A stretch of DNA of 64,000 nt from Hormiphora californensis. Its lineage: Eukaryota; Animalia; Ctenophora. The position numbers were made by a program, and so were the translations under genes. Positions 39,901 to 49,682 of the stretch are shown here, in pieces. The notes below the pieces were generated by a model that was given only the letters and a program-made list of their open reading frames with translations, did no database searches and was not told the DNA's origin. Each line of letters begins with the position of its first letter. Within the stretch, counting starts at the first letter, position 1. The stretch spans positions 5,518,001-5,582,000 of the forward strand of contig CM035360.1 in the NCBI GenBank assembly GCA_020137815.1, in the 5' to 3' direction.

Positions 39901-41198
39901 CATATTTATATATAGATGGCAGCCATCGAGGGTTTTAACTCGCTGCTGAGAACTCTCAGCTTGTCGTGGGGGCCTTTTCCTCTGAACCAGGAGAGTTCAG
40001 GTAACATGCATGCAACACGAAACAGCTCGGGATGGAGATATGGAGGCGATAAAGAGAGGTGGATTGAGTCACAGGTGTTTCAACAGCTATCATACGCTTT
40101 TTTTTCTCTCGCTTATCAGGAATTGGCACATCTCAGATCTGATCAACGCAAAGGGGGATGAAAGTTACCAGGATCACACAATGAGGTGAGAGTGGGGGCC
40201 CATGCGGCTACAATTGCTGCTCTGTGTATGTTGCCTGGGAATAGTGTTTCTGACAGATAAAAGCTGGTAAAAAGTATGGCCCCGTTTTGGAGATGATGAT
40301 GATTATTGATAAATACACGCTGCAACATTACCAAATCGAAGGGGGAAGAGTGAAAACATCTACCACAGCTCATCTAACCTTGCGGAGGCGGGAATCAAAA
40401 GAGCAGCCTGGGAGAAATAGAGATATATTCTCACGTATACACTGATATAGAGATAGAGTGGACATTTATATATCTGACTCCACGGGGGAGGAGGGTGCTC
40501 GCTAAGAAATATATCATCACGGTTGTATCTGAATTTAGCCACTTCAATATTAATCTGATGGATACATGTGCTGCACAGATCAGATGGGGGAGAGATAACT
40601 CACAACCAGCGGGTCCATGCATGCGCCTAGATCTCTCTTGTTATCTTTCTGCTGTTATATCTTTACACTATATCTTTGTTATATATCATGCTCTTCAGAC
40701 GACGGTAGAGATACGTATATCTATATATTATGTTTATTATAATTCCATATATTATATTTCTTTGTGCTGATCTCTGTAAGAGATGATTGAATATATGCCG
40801 AGAACGCTCAGCTGTAATTGTGGGCCTTTTCATTTAAAGGAATATAAAAATTCTAAGAACATACCCCTGCACACACGGCGTGCTCACTGATCCAGAAACA
40901 GAGACTGAAAAAGGATTTCGTAAGGACGATATAAGGAAGTTACAATTTCAGGATTTAAATTTAGATCTGCGATAAGATTTCAGATATTTCAAAAGGATTA
41001 TAGATCGATAGACTTCAACTTTCAATTTCACGAGACAAAAACAAGACCAAACTTTCTCTGGAAGTCACAAAAACAAAGTTACCCCATTTTCGTTAACTCA
41101 CGCTCTTCTCATACTTTTGTCATCATATTATATCGATATTATATATATTGTATATTTGGATTGTTAGTGTCGAGAACACTCGACGATGATACCTTTTC
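36904..41198 (-). other. Hairpin-motif block 2: ~14 copies, nearly all linked to GAAAAG|G
   Basis: Copies at about 36904, 36923, 37163, 37183, 38077, 38110, 38400, 39058, 39100, 39489, 39532, 39945, 40797 and 41169. On the plus strand each single copy or pair is followed by CCTTTT(C) within ~2-18 nt. Confidence 0.85.
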
Positions 41199-41289
41199 TC
41201 GTATAAAAATGATCTGAAACACCCGATAAAAACACCCCCGTTCGTGCTTCCATCTCCAAAAATCAATTTCGACCAAAATCAGAAGAAGA

Positions 41290-41870
41290 GAAAAACATTC
41301 GCTCGAACACGCGTGTACCGGTACATGCGCGACGATATTGCGAAACACTCACAGCGCGAATAATAAATGGGTGTGGATACCCCAGACAATCACAAAACAC
41401 TGCTTCCATTAACTATCAGGTTCATCACATATCACGAGAAGAATAATAGCATAACAAACATAATCATGTGATTTTAGCGTGTATCAGTCTGTCAGTTTGT
41501 GTGTGTGATTTTAGCTGCTGGTGAAACAAAACATAGCGAGACGGAGAGATAATGATGTTGAAGAAATTACACATGCCTCTAGAGGCTTTAGATCACGCTC
41601 ACGTGGGGTCACATGACACAAAGCACATGACAAATGTAAGCCAATTAGAGCACGATTCGAGAGCACATGACACAAGAACACACACAAAGAAACGAGCACG
41701 AGAAGACAGTGGACGCGTTAGAACAGGTCACGAGGTATCGCTCGACGTCAAGGGCAACCTCTTGCGGAGGAGATCTGGCATGAGATTTCAAATAATAAAT
41801 CACAGCGCGCAGCTGCGCGCTACAATCTACGAATTGCGCGTCACTATCATTTGACGCCGCGCAATAAAAG
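41290..41870. promoter_or_regulatory. CpG/CGCG-rich intergenic segment, possible (bidirectional) promoter
   Basis: Local enrichment of GCGC/CGCG between the last hairpin block and VPS33. Inferred from composition and position only. Confidence 0.3.
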
Positions 41871-42530
41871 TTACATTTTCATTTCTCAAATTCACTTTTT
41901 TTTAAATCAAAATTTGAAATTCTGGAAAGTTTTGTTCGAGCCTCTCTTGGCTCTCGAGAGACCCTCAGTGGTCATCCATACCCAGCACAATGTTGCGTTT
42001 ACTTTCTACTGAATGATAGATTTAATAAGTGGAATGTTTAAAGTCTGGAATTTTTTTAAAGATCGGAGCCACCCTCCCTGCAGGGAGTGGTACTGGTTAT
42101 GGGAGTGCGAACGAGATTCCTGATATTTGACGAATGAAATACTCATCCGTGCCGACGATGCACAGGCGCCCTAAGTAAGGGCCCCTTACCGATACCAAAT
42201 CAAGCGTTCTGGACTTTTGTATGATCGAGGGCTAATTTATTAACAATTTAATTTATTCTTTTTTTAGTGTTTTTAATAAGTTGTGTTTTGAAGTTGCTCC
42301 GGTTGTTGCGAGCAAATATTTCCTGAAGTTCATAAAGACAATGTAATCCACTTGAGAAAGTGATACTTTAGAGAGTGCGTTGGCACCATTTTTCTGGGTA
42401 TATATTCACTATTGAGTGGGATATTAAGTGCATAATTTACATTTACATTTACATACATTGCAATTTTCCAAAAAGAGTTGAAAAGTGCCAAAGTGGCAGG
42501 CTGTACTCAACTTTTGAAACATTTTAGCTG

Positions 42531-45500
42531 ATGAATGACTATTCATCTGATGGTATAAAGGTTTCATTTCTGCGTGAACTAGCACGAAGCGACCTCCTAG
42601 ATCACATCAAACTATGCGAGGGATCCAAGGTAAGATTGAAGATCACAAAAAACTAGCTGAAATCTAACCTGGAATTCTCAATTTTCAGGTATTATTTTGG
42701 GATCCTGCCCTAAAAGGACCGTTTAATCTGATTATTGACTGGCCAATACTCAAGAAACATGGCGTGGTTAAAATGTTCGACTTGCAAGAGCACATACCCT
42801 CAGAAGTGCTAGAAAACAAATGGCAAAATGTTGTTTTATTGATCAGGTAAGAAATAACACAATTTACTAACAGAGCGAGCTGGTGGTTCACAATTTGAAT
42901 GATCACAGATCAGAATATCTAATTTATATACCGGCACCCTTCCTAATGGGGTCTCAATAATTAGGTTTCAAATTTCACCCCAATTAGACGTTCACCACTG
43001 GCCCCCACACCTTCAGCATGGGAACTGAGTGGGTGTCTAATTAGGTTACATACACCCACATAATCTCATTACTTAGCAGCTATGAGCTACTCCAATTACA
43101 CAGATCTCTAGTAAAACTTACACGTACAAACTGACAGCTCGAATTAATAAAATGGATTTTTGACAGCCCTCTTTTCCCACAGACCCGAAGTGAAGATGAT
43201 TGACCTCATCTACCGCTCCATCCGATCAATTTCATCCTCTCAACGTCGGGAAATAGATTTCCACATCATCTTTGTATCTCGGAAGTCTACCATGTGCATG
43301 AGAAGACTTGAAGAATACAAGATCGTGGGAGAATTCAAGAATATTCTGGAGCTAGAGTTAGATCTGATACCATTCGATCACGATCTGATGACCCTGGAAA
43401 ACCCGGCCAGTTTCAAGGACATATTCGTGGAACAGGATGATTCTTGTTTGTTTCAAGTTGCACGATCTCTCATGACACTCCAGGCGTTCTTTGGCGTTAT
43501 TCCGAATGTCACTGTGCTGGGGGAGAGTGCCAAAAAGGTATATTTGAAATCTGCTCCACCAATGTACTCAAACATTGTCTCATGCACTGACTCATTATTT
43601 ACTCACTTCAAACTTATTTTAGGTTCTGGAGATGATAGAAAGGATGCGTCAGGAAGTACCTGCAACAGATAAACCCATAGTACCGAAGATTGAAAACCTC
43701 ATCCTGATTGACAGGAGAATCGATCTGATGACCATGATGTCGTCGCAGGTCACGTACGAGGGACTTATTGATGAGTTATATGGGATCAAAAACACCCAGG
43801 TATTACACCACCCTCTCAGTAAAATATTTATTGTATTCAACATCAAGTGTGTTATACCGGCCCTTGTGTGTGTTATGTTCTAACCCTCATTTACATTTGT
43901 AAAGAGGGTCAAACAAGGGAACATCAAGTGTGCTATACCCGACCCTTGCTCGACCGTCTCTCACCTCACACAAATGTTATAAAGAAGAACATAACAAACC
44001 CGGCCAATATCAATTTAGTTATACCCTTCTTTAATTCCACCTCTCTCAGGCGACCTTCCCTGGAGCTGCATTTCAATACGACGAGGATGTTCAGGAGACA
44101 GCCGCGTCTAAAATGGTGGCTCTAAACAGCAGTGATCCGATATTCAAGGAGGCCCGGGATTTACATTTTAATGCAGTGGGTCTCTTTCTCACAAGCAAGG
44201 TTTGTTGTATGCCAATGCCCATATATGGCCCGATTGTGAAGTTTCATACCCATATATGGCCCGATTGTGATATACCACACTCCCGTTACAGGCACGACAG
44301 ATCAGTGCAGCATATGATGAGAAAAAGGACGCTAAATCGCTGAGTCAGTTAAAGAATTTTGTGGGGAAGTTGCCCCACATTCAGGCGGAAAAGAGAGCCC
44401 TGGAAATCCAAACCTCAATCGCTGCATTGGTGTGTGTGGGGGGGGGGTCTGTGTTATTGATTGCATTGAGTTATGGATTGGATGTCGTGGAGAGAAGGAG
44501 ACAGAGAGAGATAGAGTAGTTGCTGTGTTATCCTTTCTCGTATGGGGCTAGAACTATCTTCATTTCTACCCACTACACCCTATAATACTCCCTCCTTTTC
44601 TAATAACCTCTCCCCCTCCACCCCCAGATAAGGAAAGGACTGAATAAGCAGTACTACGAGAGCTTTGCAGTGGAGCAGGAGCTAAGGGAGGGACTTGATG
44701 TGGAGAAGATGAACACTTTCATTGAGGTAGGTAATAGTGCAGCTGCCAGGTGCAGTGAGACACACTAAGTGAGGGCCTCACTGACCACTGTGAGCCACAC
44801 TACTGCTGGTAGATATTATGATTATTTTATTGTTATACTTTCTCGAAATCGTGTTTTCTCCGCCCCCAAGACCCTTCAAAAAAAGGTTTTCCACTATGCA
44901 TCATCATTGGTCATTACCATAGTGTTTTCTCCAGCCTCTTTATTTACCCAATAGGAGATGATCTACAGACAAGAATCACTAACTAAGATAATTCGACTGA
45001 TTGCCATCCAGTGTATTGCAGGAGATGGACTCCGGCCCAAGTTGTATGGTAAGTTAACATGTTATGAGTAATATCACTTGAACGGTGACTATTGATTTCC
45101 TATAACTATTTGCCTAGCACATTATTTTTATCATTGTTGCATGATTATTCACTTTTTTCAAAACTTCAAATTTAACCTTTTTACAGAATTTTATAAAAGG
45201 GAGATAGTTCAGGCGTACGGGTATCACCACCTACTGACATTCGACAGGTAACACTTAATTTGTCCATTTCCACGAACTCTTTCAATTAATACTTTCACAC
45301 CCATCTGGTATTCTGTGTTTCACCCCCAAATACAACATCAGGTTAGAGAAATGCAAGTTGATCTACATGCAAGAAAAGAACCAAGTTATATCCTATCCTA
45401 CACTCCGATCCAAGATGAAACTTTGCATCGACAACGTTAATGAGGTGATCAACAAACACAGCTTTTAGAATTGAAGAACTAGAATTTATTCATACTCAGA

Positions 45501-46150
45501 ATAATCAGTAAACGATGTTCATCATAATTCCTTTTCCCTACTAATTTACTACTGCAAATTCCTAACTTATTCTCTCTCTGTTACAGAAAGACCCCACGGA
45601 TATCTCCTATGTGTTCAGTGGTTACGCTCCTCTCACAGTCCGCCTGATTAACTGGTTAACCCAGGGATCTCAGCGGGATGGCCTGACCTACCTAGATGAC
45701 ATTGTTAAATACCTTCCCAAACCTTGCTTTGGGAAGAAACAGAAGAACGCTGCTACTACTCAGGTAAATGGGGGGGGGGCGTGGGGGGGGGACGGGTGTA
45801 ACATCCCAATTGAGGGATTGTAGTTAGGATAAAACATGCATGTATGTAGGCCGTTGTAGGGTCATCTTATCCAATCAAATCAAATAACTTTTGTTCCTCT
45901 CTCTTTCTCCTTCTCTTCTCTAACACCCCCCCCCCCCCATTAGGAACGTTCTGATGGTGAGATCCACACATTGGTCTACTTCATCGGTGGATGCACCTAC
46001 GCAGAGGTCAGCGCCCTCCGATTCCTTGCTCAGAACCACCCCAACAAGCAGTTTACAATCGCAACCACTAAAATGCTAAACGGGAATACCCTCTTGGACT
46101 CAATTGTTGAGCCGTCACCCCGAGATATTATCCCCGATTTCCTGACTTGA
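42531..46150 (+). CDS. VPS33A: Vacuolar protein sorting 33 (Sec1/Munc18 family, HOPS/CORVET), multi-exon
   Basis: MNDYSSDGIKVSFLRELARSDLLDHIKLCEGSK|VIILGSCPK/IFWDPALKGPFNLI-type exon, ELELDLIPFDHDLMTLE, LILIDRRIDLMTMMSSQVTYEGLIDE, ARDLHFNAVG, YVFSGYAPLTVRL and LVYFIGGCTYAEVSALRFL. Stop TGA at 46148-46150. Confidence 0.92.
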
Positions 46151-46408
46151 TAGTTACTGCCAAAACTTTTTATAACATAGCTGTCTGGCAGGGATCTGGT
46201 CATTGTGTTTGTGGGTCGTGTGTATTTTGATGATTTTGATGTGTTTTGTGTTTTCTGGATAATCCAATATTGTTGATTTGTTTCAAAAAGTTTTTATTTT
46301 TTTTCCCCCTTGCTCCTTGTTCGACCCTCTCTCTCCGTGCCCCACACAAATTTAAAGGAGGATCAGAACATTACAACCCCCTCCCCTGACACACACACCA
46401 TCAGTTTA

Positions 46409-47281
46409 ATGGCACGTGGGTGGAAAGTTTCAATTAACGACCTCACAAAAGCTTGTCGAGCCAAGTGGAGCGAATCAGAATGTACTGCTCGGTGTCGCCT
46501 AGCAACAGCCTATCATCTTGTATCACGACTAAAATGGGACGAACTGATATACGGACATCTGACTCTCCGTGTCCCTGGAACAGATCACTTTCTAATCAAC
46601 CCTTTTGGGATCCCCTACTCCCTGATTACTGCCCGGTCCCTCGTTAAAGTTGATCTTGATGGAACTGTTGTTGATCCAGGGTGCAGTAAATTCTCCTTCC
46701 AACGGACTGGTTATGTGATTCATTCAGCGATACACGAAGCGAGAAAGGACTTGAACGCTCTGATTCACATCCATACCAGTGAAGGTATGGCAGTGGCGAG
46801 TTCAGTAGAGAGACTCCAACCTGTCTGCCAACATAGCGTGTTCATCGAGCCTGTTTCATATCACCCCTACCGTGGTATAGTAGTGGACCAAAAGGAAAGA
46901 GCCGAGTTAGCCAGGAACTTTCCCGCCCCCAGTAAGTGTCTGGTTATGAGGAACCACGGTCTTCTGACAGGGGGAGGGACTATCGAGGAAGCATTCCTTC
47001 TCATGTTTTATCTTCATGCGGTGTGTAAAGTATACGTTGATGCTGGTTATACACACCGATCTGTACCTGAACAGTTTGTTGTTTCACCGGGTATTGTTGA
47101 GAAATCTGTACGGGATACACTCGCGAATAACTTTGCGGACGGGAGCTTTGGTTTGAAGGACTTTCAGGCGATGGCATTGGAGTTGGACAGGGAGGGAATG
47201 TGTACGGGGTACCCTTATTCGGAGGAAATTTCGAAACTTTTAGGTTGGCATGATGTTGATAATGAAACATGTGGTAGTTGA
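46409..47281 (+). CDS. Class II aldolase / adducin head-domain protein, single exon, ~290 aa
   Basis: RCRLATAYHL..LKWDELIYGHLTLRVP, HFLINPFG, GYVIHSAIH, IHIHT, MRNHG, and a C-terminal LDREGMCTGYPY resembling adducin LDNLGYRTGYPY. ATG at 46409 is in frame with the listed ORF. Confidence 0.9.
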   Translation: MARGWKVSINDLTKACRAKWSESECTARCRLATAYHLVSRLKWDELIYGHLTLRVPGTDHFLINPFGIPYSLITARSLVKVDLDGTVVDPGCSKFSFQRTGYVIHSAIHEARKDLNALIHIHTSEGMAVASSVERLQPVCQHSVFIEPVSYHPYRGIVVDQKERAELARNFPAPSKCLVMRNHGLLTGGGTIEEAFLLMFYLHAVCKVYVDAGYTHRSVPEQFVVSPGIVEKSVRDTLANNFADGSFGLKDFQAMALELDREGMCTGYPYSEEISKLLGWHDVDNETCGS

Positions 47282-47404
47282 AATTAATTGGACACATATT
47301 GTTTTGTCACTTTATATTGCCCAAACTTCATAGTGATAGTTGTGTGGCGTTTGTATTTAAATCCATCATGCTAACACCGATTTTGTCTTCCATTTTATAG
47401 CCCA

Positions 47405-48754
47405 ATGGAGCAGAATATTTATTCGCCAAACCGAGACCTGGAAATCCCTCTGAAAACAGAACCAGCAGACTATGACATCGCCACGTTATGTAACAAGTGT
47501 GAGTGCTGCGGGCAGCGGATTCCCTCACTCTCAGTCGAAATGGCCATCCAGACAGATCCCATCGTTTCAGTAGCTAAAGAAGCGTTTACCCAAACTGGAG
47601 ACACCTTCTTAGGAGCAGGACCCCACCCGATATACACCATCATCAACACCATCTTCCCTGACATGTCATCAGAACTGGTGAAGCAGGAAGAAGTGATGAC
47701 TGTTCCTGATCATGTTGCTGTTCAAGGTCATGTCTCTGATCAAGATTTAGGTCATGTTCCTGTAGTCTCTGATGTTGCTTTTTCTGATCACGTTCCTGTT
47801 GTCTCTGATCAAGATCTAGGTCATGTTCCTGTAGTCTCTGATGTTGCTTTTTCTGATCACGTTCCTGTTGTCTCTGATCAAGATCTAGGTCATGTTCCTG
47901 ATCAAGTTTCTGTAGTCTCTGGTCATGTTGCTGTTCCTGATCAAGATCATCTTCTTCGTGTTCCTATTGTGCCTGAGTTGATTCCGCCTGAATACCTGTC
48001 AGTCAAGAAGGAAGTAGTGAACTACGAGGAGGAGGACCCACAAACTGCACTTCCAATGGAGATATCTCTGCCGGGATCATCTACACTGATATCGCAGCAA
48101 CTCATTCAATTGTACGAGTGTGAGGAGTGTGAAATGACTTTTGATGGACCTAACCAACTGGTAGATCATATGAAATGGCACTCATCGGGAGAATTACAAA
48201 AGTACAAATGTGAGACGTGTGGAAAGCGATTTTGGGGTTCGAGTTCTCTCAAAAAGCACGTCCGAACGCACACCGGAGAGCGGCCCTACTCTTGTGAGGT
48301 GTGTGGAAAAACTTTTAACCAAGCTGTACACGTCAAAGTTCACTTTAGGAGGTGTCATAGCGGCGAACGGTCACACAAATGTGAGGAGTGTGGAAAAGGG
48401 TTTTTTAATGCTACTGACCTCACTAGACATGTGAGGACTCACACTAGAGATCGGCCGTATGAATGTAAGGAATGTGGAAATAAATATCCTACATCTGATA
48501 AACTAAAAGCTCATGTGCGATCTCATACCGGAGAGCGGCCCTACGAATGTAAGGTGTGCGGGAAACGATTCTTGATTTCTGGAACTTTAAAACAACACAT
48601 GACACTACACACTGGGGAACGGCCATTCAAATGTAAGGAGTGTGGAAAGAGTTTTACTCGATCTACTACACTAAATAATCATATGAGGAAGAATCATAAT
48701 GAACACCCTGTAAATAGTGATACGTCTCAAGTGGGTTGTGTACGAATGAGTTAG
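47405..48754 (+). CDS. C2H2 zinc-finger protein (7 fingers)
   Basis: Repeated CxxC-x12-HxxxH with TGERPY/F linkers. The N-terminal region has a 23-aa (69-bp) tandem repeat HVPVVSDVAFSDHVPVVSDQDLG. Confidence 0.93.
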   Translation: MEQNIYSPNRDLEIPLKTEPADYDIATLCNKCECCGQRIPSLSVEMAIQTDPIVSVAKEAFTQTGDTFLGAGPHPIYTIINTIFPDMSSELVKQEEVMTVPDHVAVQGHVSDQDLGHVPVVSDVAFSDHVPVVSDQDLGHVPVVSDVAFSDHVPVVSDQDLGHVPDQVSVVSGHVAVPDQDHLLRVPIVPELIPPEYLSVKKEVVNYEEEDPQTALPMEISLPGSSTLISQQLIQLYECEECEMTFDGPNQLVDHMKWHSSGELQKYKCETCGKRFWGSSSLKKHVRTHTGERPYSCEVCGKTFNQAVHVKVHFRRCHSGERSHKCEECGKGFFNATDLTRHVRTHTRDRPYECKECGNKYPTSDKLKAHVRSHTGERPYECKVCGKRFLISGTLKQHMTLHTGERPFKCKECGKSFTRSTTLNNHMRKNHNEHPVNSDTSQVGCVRMS

Positions 48755-48849
48755 GGTGATTTCCTTGGCAAGGAATCCTTGCGATATGAAATTAATTTTA
48801 GTTGATTGAATGTAACTTGATTGATTGTTATATAATTGTCAACTATTTA

Positions 48850-49021
48850 CAGTCGGACCCCGATTTACCGAGCCCCGATTTACCGGAACCCCGATTTACC
48901 GGGAGGATAAACTTCCCTCGATATGGGAAAATAATGGTATTTGACCCCGATATACCGGGCACCCCGATTTACCAGGCAAAACCCTTTCCCCCGAGCATCC
49001 CGGTAAATCGGGGTCTGACTG
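48850..49021. mobile_element. MITE, Tc1/mariner-type (TA TSD)
   Basis: TA|CAGTCGGACCCCGATTTACCG ... CGGTAAATCGGGGTCTGACTG|TA, with internal CCCCGATTTACCG repeats. Confidence 0.88.
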
Positions 49022-49311
49022 TATGTACATAAATGTCAAATAATGAATAAGAGATATTAAATATTTCCTTAGTTTTAACTACTAGAAACACCGATCGCAA
49101 ATCTAGGGAAAACTTCATTCCCTGTCCTTGTGCTGGCGATTATGAGACGTAGAAAACTCCTCCACCGAATCAGCAGGAAAAACACCACACAACAATTCGC
49201 ACATGCAGTATTATCCACTATCCACTATCCAGTATCCAATAACCACCCAATCTTCCCGTCAATCCTCTTAACCACGAACCATAAAATGTGTGTAAGGGGA
49301 TCTGCATTTAA

Positions 49312-49468
49312 TAGTCGGACCCCGATTTACCGGGATGCTCGGGGGAAAGGGTTTTGTCCGGTAAATCGGGGTGCCCGGTATATTGGGATCAAATACTGTT
49401 AATTTCCTATTCCGGGGAAAGATTATCCTCCCGGTAAATCGGGGTTTTAGTAAATCGGGGTCCGACTG
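49312..49468. mobile_element. Second copy of the same MITE, inverted
   Basis: Reverse-complement match to 48850-49021, ending GGGGTCCGACTG|TA. A further remnant lies at ~61985-62090. Confidence 0.85.
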
Positions 49469-49682
49469 TAGTAAGATTTCACCCCAACCGTGTTTCCATA
49501 GCAATGAAGCCTACATCTATGGCTCACATACCTTTTTTGCAATGATACCTTCGAGAACTGCTTAGTCACCCTAGCCCGTAATTACGCGACTATCTGACAC
49601 AATTCCGACAGTAGAAATAATGCCTCCAATCTCCATTTTTAGCTGAAATGATACCTGAGATTCATGGTGCAACAGTTCTCAA

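Noticed and set aside
24346-41184. Hairpin series as a CRISPR array or integron attC cassette array
   Set aside because: Spacing is irregular (20 bp to >800 bp), repeats are only 16 nt and covary rather than being identical, arm order does not fit attC (RYYYAAC...GTTRRRY), there is no cas or integrase gene, and the context is eukaryotic.
24380-41198. Hairpin + CCTTTT as plus-strand terminators (intrinsic or Pol III) or histone stem-loops
   Set aside because: Mismatches are C-A on the plus strand (G-U only on minus), the T-run is detached from the stem by a variable spacer, and the second arm of the histone stem-loop is absent.
20800-41900. Whole region as one giant TIR transposon or endogenous virus
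   Set aside because: I found no matching terminal inverted repeats, TSD, transposase, polymerase or capsid-like ORF by eye.
48802-49565. Short ORFs containing QSDPDLP/PRFTG
   Set aside because: Translations of the two MITE copies.
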